NCBI GenBank assembly: GCA_002104905.1
Contig: MCFE01000736.1
Span: 1 to 41,260, forward strand
Reading direction: 5' to 3'
Origin: Basidiobolus meristosporus CBS 931.73
Lineage: Eukaryota > Fungi > Basidiobolomycota
Length of the DNA stretch: 41,260 nucleotides
The position numbers and the translations under genes were made by a program. Within the stretch, counting starts at the first letter, position 1. Each line of letters opens with the position of its first letter. Below the pieces are notes generated by a model. The model saw only the letters and a list, made by a program, of their open reading frames with translations. It ran no database searches and was not told where the DNA came from. Below are positions 13,101-23,395 of this stretch, one piece after another.

Positions 13101-15317
13101 CCCAAGAAAGACTACTTACAATTCTCTATTTTGTCTGGTTGGGGATCATATTACTCTCCTTCTGTGTCGGGCAATACTGGTACAAGTACGGCACCAAGCT
13201 GCAAACCAACTCCAGGACAAGCAATCGAAGGTCAATTGCGAACTTCCTGGATGAGAAGAAAGTAGAGAGCCTTCCCGCCTTCACTATCGACGATGTCAAT
13301 GAGAGAGTTGCTCAAGGAGTAAGTGACTTGGCGCTGAGCGCTTATCTACCTTTGGCTCGCAACTTACAATTTGATTACTCCAGGCGTGCCTAGTTATGAT
13401 GGAGGGTTATGTGTTCGACATTCGCAAGTGGATTCAGCATCACCCTGGTAAGTGCCCACAATTCCCGTTTCGTCCAACTCGTTCGCTGACCACGGATGCA
13501 CGCGCAGGAGGAGTCAAGATTTTAGAAGCGGTTGTAGGGACCGACATCGGTATTGACTTTTACGGTCACCACAAACTGGCTGAGGAAGAAATCAGCAAAC
13601 ATGACCAGTCCGCTGGGAGGAAATCCGTTTTCAACAGTGTCGTCGGGGACTACACATCAGAAAAGCGCAAGAAGAAAGGGTTCGGAAACCTCGTAACCCA
13701 GCTGTTCCCGACGAATATTTCAGTGGTGAAGCACGACCATTCAAGATTTGCCGCAGAGAAGCTAGCAACCATGCTTTTTGGGCGCTTGTTAGACGAGAAA
13801 GAGCCCGTAGGAAGAACAACCACTTTGGCCAAAAGAAGAGGAAAAGTGCTGGGATTACCCTCGACTCCGAAGCCATCTCAAAACCTTCAAAATCACCTCT
13901 ATCGCCGTTATCTTGTCAATAGGGTTACCACGGTGACCCTCCCCGCAGCCAAAGCCACAGTCAAGCGGTTCGATTTGTCCATTTTACACCCCGTCAAGAG
14001 CATGGACCCATTTCAGCCTGGTGAATATATTGAAATCCAAGCCAAGATCGAGAACCAAATAGTGGTTCGAGCCATTACACCAATCCAAGGCACCTTGTCA
14101 GATTCATTCTATTTCTACGGAAAGCTTTACTCGGATGGTTTGATGTCCAAGTTCCTGGTAAGTTGATAATGAATTCTACGGTGGATTAAATTCCGACTCA
14201 TCATGAAATACGTGTAGGATGAACTTCAGCCGGGGACACAGCTGAAAGTTCGCGGCCCCCTATACAACGTAACCACAGATACTATCCTGAATCCAATCAC
14301 CCGCGATACCGAGCCCAATAAGACGGCATCAACTGAATCTGTCAGCAGCCTCACAGAACGCTATGAGATCCCTAGGCCTCTGCGAAACAAAAAGAGGCCA
14401 GAATTTGGATGCTGGGATAATTTGTACATGATTGCAGGAGGATCCGGCATTACACCCATGTTGCAACTGGTACTTCAATTGAAACCCTTTCCGTTTTCCG
14501 GCTCCTTATTAAACTCTGGCTTTAGATCTACTACCATTTGGAAAACTGGAAAAAAGAGAACCCCAGGAATAGCCGTATGCATCTGCTGTATTGCAGCTCG
14601 ACTATACTCGATATAATTGACGGATACACCCTTGATCACGTGGTCGAAAACTCCAAGGGAAGATTGACGATTACACATGTGCTGTCGTCCCCATGCGAAA
14701 ACTGGACGGGCTTAACGGGGCATATAGACCATCACATCTTGCGAAAATGGCTATGCACCTACCCTGGCAATAATCCGAACCCTCGCCAATTAGATGCAAT
14801 GCTAGAGATCAGGGAATCATCTACCCCCAGAACTCCAGAGACCCCCAACCTGGAGACAGAGGATACTCAGAGGCTGCTTCCATCCCAACCAGCCTCTATT
14901 TTAGAAAAGCGGGAGTCTAGACCCGCGAATATAGTGACGACTGAGCAGATCAAGGCTTCTGAACGCGTATCCAAATTCTTAGACGAGGCTATTCCAGAAT
15001 TCGTTCCTAAAGGAATTCTAGGCAACTCCTCAAGGAACAAACTGAAGCGCTCAACCCAGATCTCACCTACTGGGCAACTGGTTGGGGATGTGGATCATCA
15101 TATCTCCATGCCGCTGTATCCTAGCCAACAATTGGCATCTGGATCGCTGTCGACACTAAACCTCCCACTGGAACACGACTCCCCATGGTGGTATTCCGAT
15201 GAACCACTTCCCCATACTAAGATAGTTATATGTGGGCCATTTGGGATGGCGCATTCGTCTCGCAAATCACTGCGTCGACTGGGCTTTCAGCCTCAGAACA
15301 TTAGTGTGCTCCGCTGA
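10155..15317 (+). CDS. Multidomain membrane oxidoreductase: signal peptide, animal-type heme peroxidase fold, DOMON, cytochrome b561, cytochrome b5-like, FAD/NAD(P)-binding reductase; 12 exons
   Basis: Manual splicing gives one frame with exons ~10155-10493, 10561-11213, 11288-12068, 12122-12338, 12398-12548, 12617-12630, 12690-12999, 13063-13318, 13384-13447, 13508-14157, 14218-14469 and 14526-15317, all GT-AG. Motifs: WMREHNRI, FRYGHS, DVQRGRDLGIP (peroxidase); WCGVGF..GM..ADFVV and IWAY..SHH (DOMON); four His at FHGIG, LHRNMQ, SHGTLG and FHGIFG (b561); VFDIRKWIQHHPGG...HDHS (b5); VRAITP, G.MSKFL, KVRGP, IAGGSGITPMLQ and ICGP (reductase). Confidence 0.85.
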
Positions 15318-16641
15318 TCGCTTATCAGAGCCCATCGTCGCTCCTGCATCATATCCACCATCACGGACAACCCAAGGTAATCCAGATAATATTTAAACGA
15401 ACGGAGGTCGACTGAGTGCGTTACCGAGGTTTATTGTTTATTGGTCGCTGTGTGTAATGCGAATACTCTCCGAACCACCGTTGTATCCCAGAACTCAGTG
15501 TTGAACTCGGTTATCTGAATAGAAATGCCCCCCCCCCATTTACTTCAGATATTGGATTAGTTAGGACCGAAGCGGAAATGATCCAGATAAAAGATAAATC
15601 CGAAAATTTTGTCTTCAACAATATCGCCATCTCGAGCCCATTCTAATATAACTTCTGCTCAATGGTAAGCTACCAACGTGGGCGGAAGCTACGCTCCCAT
15701 CCATGATTGGTCCATTCTAAATATGCCAAGAATTTCGTATGACATGATATAAATAGAAGATTCTCTGAATGGCAGAGACTTCTTTTTCGGTGCGTAGTCT
15801 ATTGTGGAATAGAGTGGTCCCGATGGTGGGTTCCATGGCGACCATGCAGGTAGTCAGATCAGCACACACAAAGATTGCAGTTAGACCAGCAACTCAATTT
15901 ATGCGCGGTTTGGGGAGGTACCTGATGCATTAGACCAAACCTTGATTCTGACATGCAAGTAGTTTTTCAGAGTTAACATGAAAGTTTAATTTCGTGCAAC
16001 ACTAATCGTAATTGGTATTTATTTTGTCATTTTGGTGTATCATAATCAGCGCACCATTCATCCGCGCTCATGGGTAGTGTGCCCTTGGCAGCACACGCTG
16101 GTGTATCTTTTCGGAGGAGTCTGCCTGATAGAGTGAACTTAAGTCCACTTCCGGATTGCAAGAGAGAGTATCGATCAACCCATATTTTACATGACCGTTT
16201 GCTTTGGGAGCCTCTGATAGTGGTCCATACTGAGCATCCGTAATCCAGCTGTGACTCTCAATCGTTCAATCAAATACAACGAATCCAGAGTGAATTCCAA
16301 AATCCGGATATTGCTGAAGCCGGGTCAATCCTATCCGCCACTAAAATGGTAATATGAGATCACTATTCCATTATATATGGTGCCAATAGAATGCAAGAAT
16401 CGGTTCTCTAACAGCCATTAAAAATTAGGCGTGTTTTCTGCTGGACCAGTCATTGCTCTCCATTCCTAGATTCATATATCTCTGGTGTTCTTGGATAATA
16501 TTTGGTTGGATTCTCACATATATATTCAATATTTTGAAATAAAACGACCCAACCTTTCTATCTTTTCAGTGTCATTGAAATATAGTTAGAAAAGACCTTT
16601 TCTCCACCTGAACTCTTCCCTTCACACCACAAACTAATATC

Positions 16642-17998
16642 ATGAAAGCCCTTATTCTTGTCGGAGGTAAGTCTGCTTCTTAACAGGGAAACAAGATAGC
16701 TTGGAACTTAAAGTGCGTTGTACCTATCGCGTCATCTAGGTTTTGGAACCCGTCTCCGTCCACTCACCCTTACCCTTCCTAAACCCTTGGTGGAGTTTGC
16801 CAACAAGCCAATGATCCTTCATCAGATTGAAGCTCTAGTCAAGGTAAATATTCGCCATTCCTCTTACTCACAACTGCTAGTTCTCACTTTGGCTCTCATC
16901 TGCGATAGGCTGGTGTCACTGACATCGTTCTCGCGGTCAACTACCGCCCAGAAATCATGGTGTCTGTTTTGGAGAAATATGAGAAGGAATTCAATGTCAA
17001 AATCACCTTTTCCGTGGAAACCGAGCCCCTTGGCACAGGTACTTCACCCGATGTGACTACTGCCCTTCCAGGTGGCTCTAACCATATTCTACCTAGCCGG
17101 CCCCCTTGCTCTCGCCAAAGAGATTCTCGGTAGAGACAACAGCCCATTCTTCGTCTTGAACAGTGATGTAATCTGTGATTACCCCTTCGAACAGCTCCGT
17201 GATTTCCATCTTCAACACGGAGATGAAGGAACCATTGTGGTCACTAAAGTCGATGAACCCTCCAAGTATGGTGTAGTGGTCAACAAAACCGACAGCACAG
17301 CAATCGAGAGATTCGTTGAGAAGCCCGTGGAGTTTGTATCCAACAAGATCAATGCTGGCATGTACATTTTCAACCCTAGCATATTGGATCGTATCGAGGT
17401 AAGCCCGGATCGCAGTAGACACAACATATGATGGGTTGCATTTATTGAAGCACGATCTTTTTCTTAGCCCAAGCCAACTTCTATTGAGAAGGAGATCTTC
17501 CCTACTATGGCCGCCGAGGTTCAACTTCATTCCTTCAACCTCGAAGGTTTCTGGATGGATGTAGGACAACCCAAAGATTTCCTTACTGGCACCTGCCTCT
17601 ACCTTTCCCATCTGTCCAAGCGGAACCCCCAAAGCCTTGCCCCAGCTTCTGAGCCATATGTGTATGGCGGAAACGTACTCGTCGATCCTAGCGCCAAAAT
17701 CGGCAAGGGCTGCAAAATTGGACCCAATGTGGTGATTGGGCCCAATGTTGTTGTTGGCGACGGTGTACGTCTTCAAAGATGTGTTTTGCTTGAAGGAGCC
17801 AGAGTCAAGGACCATGCCTGGATCAAGAGCGCCATCATTGGCTGGCACTCGGTTGTCGGCAGATGGTGCCGCTTGGAAGGGGTCACCGTTTTGGGAGATG
17901 ACGTTAACGTCAGCGATGAAATCTACGTGAATGGTGGATCTGTTCTTCCTCATAAGGGCATCAGTGTCAACGTCTCCGAACCACAAATTATCATGTAA
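16642..17998 (+). CDS. MPG1: Mannose-1-phosphate guanyltransferase (GDP-mannose pyrophosphorylase); 5 exons
   Basis: Spliced [69 protein letters not shown] and a C-terminal hexapeptide repeat domain. Exons 16642-16666, 16740-16843, 16909-17038, 17097-17398 and 17468-17998. Confidence 0.96.
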
Positions 17999-18579
17999 CA
18001 AGAGAAAATCGATATTAACCTCGCACCACAATCTTTTCCACACCGACACTATCTAATATATTCCCTGAGCCAGGAATTCATTTTGGATCACTTTAAGATG
18101 ATTCAGTCAACTCTTTTGTGAAATGTATATTAGAAATTTCCATCTTTTTAAACCATCCCCAGATCACAACGTCAATAAAGAATTAGATATGATTTCCAAA
18201 TCCCCATCGCCCGACGCCAAGGATTCAATTCACACCCGCGGCTCAGTGTCGCTGCGGCCATATCTACCAATGAGATGATGAAACATCTTGGTGCGAGGGG
18301 CACTCAAACCAATTTCCATTGGCCAGTGGTGTTTACATGATGATGATGAGTGGATGCGCTGGAGAAGTGTATCCAAGCGCAACTGGATCGCGATGAGGTC
18401 AAGATAGAGAGGTGGTGGGGAGATAGGCTAATCCGAGGCTTGGACAAGTTCAGTCACAGTGGGTATCTGGTTTGTGAGCCTTTTCTTAGATTTGGCGAGG
18501 GTGCCAGCCTAAGAATCCCGCGATGGTTAAAAATAAGGCTGGAGATAAGCTAAACAGTGTTTGGAACTCGTAAATAAAC

Positions 18580-18743
18580 CCTTAATTCGATTTAATTAAA
18601 CATTCCCTTCGTTGGCCAATTACTCGCTATTCATCCTAGGGCAATGTTTAATTAAATCGAGTTGAGGATAAACCAGACCAGCGTACAGTCTTAGGATGAA
18701 GTGCGAGTTATTGGCCAACGAAGGCTGTACGCTGGTCTTGTTT
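18580..18743. repeat. Three interleaved inverted-repeat pairs in the order A-B-A'-C-B'-C'
   Basis: A 18587-18604 and A' 18643-18660 form a perfect 18-bp pair that extends to ~25 bp with two G-T pairs. B 18606-18638 and B' 18692-18724 match at 30/33. C 18675-18692 and C' 18721-18738 match at 17/18, the difference being a G-T pair. Confidence 0.9.
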
Positions 18744-18907
18744 GCATGCCAGCACTCGCTAGGGACACAACGCCATGTGAGACCGAGCTGATTGGTGGGG
18801 CCATTGTTTACCTTTGGTCTTCTCGGTGTATATGAGGTTCATTTCCTACAACTGGAGGGTTGATACACTGGATTCTCTTTACCTTCTCTCATCTGATCTT
18901 TATATTC

Positions 18908-20431
18908 ATGGGTGTTGCCGAGAAAAATTACGAGTCTCAGGTGCGGTCGCACAACAAAGTATTGGTGAACAGTACTGAGGAGGAATGGGACAAACGTCGG
19001 GATGCAATCAACAAGTTGAAGTCACTGGTGAAGGAGGGTGTCCACCTCCGCAATTTCATTCCTATGTGCATCATGGTTTCCACGCCCATCATCGAGTGTA
19101 TGAAGAGCGAAAGAACACAGCTTTGCAATCTGGCTATGGATTACGTCGAGGAGATCGCTCGCTCCACCAAGGCTGAGTTTGATCCTCTAGCGGAGCATTA
19201 CCTCTCGGTTATCTTGAGAAACTGCGGACGCACCAACAAGATTGTTAGGCTCAAGGCTGGTGACTGTTTGGTTAGCATCTTAAGCTGCGCTGGGCCAACT
19301 TCGTGGTTTCCAAGGATGCTCCAGGATCGGGACAATGAAAACAAGGATATCAGGTCGCATGTGATTAGAGGGTTGAATGCGGTTCTTGGCGTGGAGCAAG
19401 CGAATCTTTCTCCTCTTGTCTCGTCCATTGAAAAAGTTCTGGCCGCCACCGTAGCTGATGCATCCCCGGAAGTACGAGAGTACGGCTTCAGGTGTTATCA
19501 GCTATATCTCCAAAGATTTCCAGAAAGGGTCCAGTCATTCCACTCTTCATTGGATGTCGGAGCCTTGAAGACCTTGGAAAAACTTCAAGCGCGTAAAGTG
19601 ACCGCCAATAACAGCCGTCATAAACAAATGAAAGCCAAGCCCGCACGTGAGGAAAAATTCTGCATCACCAGTGACAATATGCCAGGGATTGAGGTGGGTT
19701 GTCAGGATCAAATTTCAGAAGCTTCCCGGGCGCAAACTTCGAATCAAGAGGCCCCGAGCACCGAGGTGACTGGATCATCAGAGCAACCTGAGCATCCGTG
19801 CGATGGGGTTCAGGGTGATGCCCAAATTGACACATGCATTGACATGCCAAAACCTCCATCTTCTACGGTAGCTAGCCAAATATCGGTAATTGGGGGGTTC
19901 GTCCCGAAAACGACTTCATGTAACGGTTTGACCAAAACCAACTCTGCGAATCATCAGAAGTCCAATACGGTTGGTCGCACAATTCTTGCAGGAGGGGCAC
20001 AACGTGTTTTGAAAAAGGTCGAGTCAAACAGGAAGGTACTGCCCAAGTCCAATGGAAAGAAGCTGGAAAAATCGAAACCACCATCACAATCGCTGGGCCA
20101 GGGGCCGAAAAAAAGTTTAGTGAAGCCCGAGTCTATTCCTCCAGCCGCCAAAGTTAACCGCGGTATGGCTACCACAAATATCAAGCGTACAGTGTCCAAG
20201 ATCCCTCCTCTAGCAACTAAGCGCCCACATTCTCCACACGACACACCTCTGGAAAGTGTCAAATTGGTGAAGACCACCCGTTCCAGCTTTTCCCGTCCCA
20301 CAGCATCGTCCAACGCCAAGGCGTCTGCCGCTGTAGAAAAATTGCATCGGAAGGGGGTCGATCAACCAAGAACTTTGGCAAGAAAAGCAATAGGGACTAC
20401 TGGCCCACTCCGAGTATTGCGAAAACCATAA
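18908..20431 (+). CDS. CLASP/Stu1-like protein: one N-terminal TOG (HEAT) domain plus a long basic Ser/Lys/Pro-rich disordered tail; intronless
   Basis: ORF 18860..20431; likely ATG at 18908. EEEWDKRRDAI, KSERTQLCNLA and DASPEVREYGFRCY resemble the CLASP_N HEAT repeats. The C-terminal half is low-complexity and basic. Confidence 0.75.
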   Translation: MGVAEKNYESQVRSHNKVLVNSTEEEWDKRRDAINKLKSLVKEGVHLRNFIPMCIMVSTPIIECMKSERTQLCNLAMDYVEEIARSTKAEFDPLAEHYLSVILRNCGRTNKIVRLKAGDCLVSILSCAGPTSWFPRMLQDRDNENKDIRSHVIRGLNAVLGVEQANLSPLVSSIEKVLAATVADASPEVREYGFRCYQLYLQRFPERVQSFHSSLDVGALKTLEKLQARKVTANNSRHKQMKAKPAREEKFCITSDNMPGIEVGCQDQISEASRAQTSNQEAPSTEVTGSSEQPEHPCDGVQGDAQIDTCIDMPKPPSSTVASQISVIGGFVPKTTSCNGLTKTNSANHQKSNTVGRTILAGGAQRVLKKVESNRKVLPKSNGKKLEKSKPPSQSLGQGPKKSLVKPESIPPAAKVNRGMATTNIKRTVSKIPPLATKRPHSPHDTPLESVKLVKTTRSSFSRPTASSNAKASAAVEKLHRKGVDQPRTLARKAIGTTGPLRVLRKP

Positions 20432-20613
20432 GTTGATATCCTGCGCATTGTGTGCACTGTAGTATTTGTGTATTTCTATCACTTCAATAAAACAAGGAAT
20501 GGGCCGTGTATGGATTTACGAGATAAACCAACCCCGTTTAATTTAGTCTTGTAATAGAAAATCAGCATCAATCCATCTGTCCCCTCCTCAATTGGATGTT
20601 GGTGTTTCACTTG

Positions 20614-22077
20614 CTACTCGGCAACGGTGACACTTTTGACCCGAGTGAACTCATCAATTGCCTCCTTACCCAGGTCTTTGCCTAATCCACTGAGTTTAAA
20701 GCCACCAAATGGCATGTAGGGATTGGAGATGTTGTAACAGTTTACCCAGTTGATTCCAGCTTGGATTCTTCTCGAGAACATCGCGATCTTCTTTGGATCT
20801 TTACTCCACAACCCAGCCGCTAATCCAAATTGTGTCCGGTTGGCCCGCTCCAACGCTTCCTCAAACTCCTTGAAGGGTTTTAGAACGGTAAGTACTGGGC
20901 CAAATATCTCCTCCTGCGCAATCTCTGCGTCATCGTCGACGCCATAGAATACTGTGGGCTCAATGAAATATCCTCCAGTCGCTTGAGGGGCATTGGATTC
21001 AAGAGAGTTGTATTTAGCTCTGGCTCGATCGATAAATCCCTTCACTTTCGTATATTGCCGCTCATCAATCAGTGGCCCATACTGACAATCTGGGTGTTCA
21101 AGGTCAGTGGTGGCCAGCACATGGCTAAGCTTTTGCTGAAGTTTGGCCAGGAACTCCTCATGGATCTTCTCGCTCAAGTACAACCGTGTACCAGCACAAC
21201 AATTCTGGCCAGCGTTTGAAAAAGCCGCTACAAATACCTCTTCAACCGCCTGAGCTATATTGGCATCTTCGGCGACAAGAAGTGGATTTTTCCCTCCCAG
21301 CTCCAAGGTGACCCTCTTTAAGTTAGTAGCTGCACTATGAGCTAGAATTTGCTTTCCTACATGAGTCGACCCAGTAAAACTGCATTTATCGACCAGCGCA
21401 TGTTTACTAATTGCTTCACCAACTGATGCACCGCCAGTTACAACGTTAACAACTCCCTTGGGGAATATGTCCCTGTCGGAAATTAGTCTAGCAACGGCAA
21501 GAGCGGTGAGAGGTGTTTGGGGAGCTGGCTTCAGCAAGACGGTGTTTCCAGTGGCCAATGCAGGAGCTAGTTTCCAAGATGCTAGTAGCAAAGGGTAATT
21601 GAAGCTAGTTATCAACCCACATACACCAGCAGGTTCACGCACAGTGTATGAATGTAATCCATTATCCACCTGGTAGGAGCTTCCCCTTATCTTGTCTGCA
21701 TATCCACTGAAATGCTTAAAGCACTCTATACTCTCATTTATTTCCCAATGTGCCTCGGCTAGCGGCTTGCCAGCGTTGACTGATTCAAGGTACGCCAGCT
21801 CTTCCACATTTTCACTAAGGGTTCGTGCAAGTAAGTTTAGAGCATCTCTGCGTTGTCGTCCATTCCATTCACCCCACTCTCCCTGAAGTGCCTCTTGTGC
21901 ACTAGAAACGGCTCTATCAACATCCTCCGAGCTTCCTTCAGTTACCTCAGCTAGCGGCTTTCCTGTAGCAGGGTTGAGAAGTAGACGCGGAGTGATACTG
22001 CTCAGCGAGTCCACGAATCTATTCCCGATGAAGAGCTGCGTGGTTTTTATGGTGTATTTTAAGCCTGTGGTTCTCAT
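20614..22077 (-). CDS. NAD-dependent aldehyde dehydrogenase (ALDH1/2-like), intronless
   Basis: ORF 20614..22149; likely start is MRTTG at 22077. Motifs SFNYP, WKLAPALATGN, LKPAPQTP, FTGST, LELGGK (catalytic Glu), GQNCCAG (catalytic Cys), EEIFGP, FGLAAG and PFGGFKLSG. Confidence 0.95.
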   Translation of the reverse strand: MRTTGLKYTIKTTQLFIGNRFVDSLSSITPRLLLNPATGKPLAEVTEGSSEDVDRAVSSAQEALQGEWGEWNGRQRRDALNLLARTLSENVEELAYLESVNAGKPLAEAHWEINESIECFKHFSGYADKIRGSSYQVDNGLHSYTVREPAGVCGLITSFNYPLLLASWKLAPALATGNTVLLKPAPQTPLTALAVARLISDRDIFPKGVVNVVTGGASVGEAISKHALVDKCSFTGSTHVGKQILAHSAATNLKRVTLELGGKNPLLVAEDANIAQAVEEVFVAAFSNAGQNCCAGTRLYLSEKIHEEFLAKLQQKLSHVLATTDLEHPDCQYGPLIDERQYTKVKGFIDRARAKYNSLESNAPQATGGYFIEPTVFYGVDDDAEIAQEEIFGPVLTVLKPFKEFEEALERANRTQFGLAAGLWSKDPKKIAMFSRRIQAGINWVNCYNISNPYMPFGGFKLSGLGKDLGKEAIDEFTRVKSVTVAE

Positions 22078-23395
22078 TACCAACATGCAATCTAAAACAC
22101 CTCTCAAAGCGATGCGTTTTTTCAGCTCTAATCCACGATTGCTATCCATCAGCCATCAATTAGCCTGATCCACCCGATCTGAGATTTCGATATATTTAGT
22201 AATCCCATGGCCAGAAATAGACATATCAGTACTATTCATATACAATGCTTCTTCTATACATATAAATTCATGCAGGTCTCCTAGATGGTGATTTATTTAA
22301 AAGGTCAGCCTTTTACTTGGTTCTTTAATTCTTGAATGTGGGGCCATATCGCTATATATGTTACCGATTTTGAGCAAGAGCCTAACCTTGCGCTTAGAAT
22401 CGCTTTTGCAAATGAAGAAGGATGCTCGTAAGCCTCACCCCCAGATAAGGTCAAGGTAAGGGGACGAAGGACACTATATCAAAGCTACGTAGGTTCTGGA
22501 CAACCAACAACATCTAAGCGAGACAGCTCTCTTGTTTAAAACTGCAGACCGTCTATGTCTTCCTGTGCTTTACTATCTGCTACAAAGCAAAAGTAAAACT
22601 GGCAGGAGCTCAAAGTCTTAGTCTACTAGCTAACCGGCGCCATCTCCCAAATTGAGTACGAGCACGCTGAGTTGCTGAACAGGGGCCTTTCCTTGCTAGA
22701 GACTGTTGGTGACGAGTCGTTGGTCAGCTCAGCATCTACGTAAACAAGTTTGTCCAGATCTCCTGGCTGGCTGGCTTCACTCTATGCTGTTGGCTTTATT
22801 GCTACCACTCGCTACACTGAACCACGAGGCTGCTTAATTGACATTAAATCTCTTGAAATATTATGCGGTTGACAAGGGAATATTGGCCGATTGTTTGATT
22901 CCAGCGGATCCCTAGATACAAATCCATTAGCAAACCTCTGTGTAGCAAAGGGAGTCCTATCTGGAGATGTTTTGGTAACTAACTTTGGAGTCCTATGTAT
23001 CACATGAGCCACGAATCCGTTGATGCATTGAGAATAGCGACGGTTTAGCCATCCAATACATACTCTCATTCTCTTCGAGGGGCATGGCTTATGACTATTC
23101 TTAATAATATATTGTAGTAAGGGTCGGTTCGCCATTGTCACATCCAAGATATCATCCCCAAATTGGATATGATTCGTCAAATGGGTTAGCCAATCTACTC
23201 ATTGCTCACAAAATGCTCGAATTTAAGCATGGGTGTCAAGCTTCGTCACTGATTAGCTAACATAGTAATCTTCCATATGGTGTTTTCAGGGGATGTAATT
23301 GCAATTTTTCGTAGATATTCACTAAATACCTCTTTCCTCGCACACTACAACTGCGCTAATCTTTCCCTCTTTCTTTCATACTTTCTTCATTTCTC

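Noticed and set aside
496-17998. Extended nucleotide-sugar cluster including MPG1
   Set aside because: MPG1 is ~9.5 kb from GAL1 copy B with unrelated genes between; chance proximity in a compact genome is sufficient.
17093-18049. 318-aa antisense ORF over MPG1, and similar antisense ORFs over GAL10 (889..1470) and the RS domain (24487..24976)
   Set aside because: These are shadows of codon bias or RS repeats on the opposite strand of well-supported genes, with no motifs of their own.
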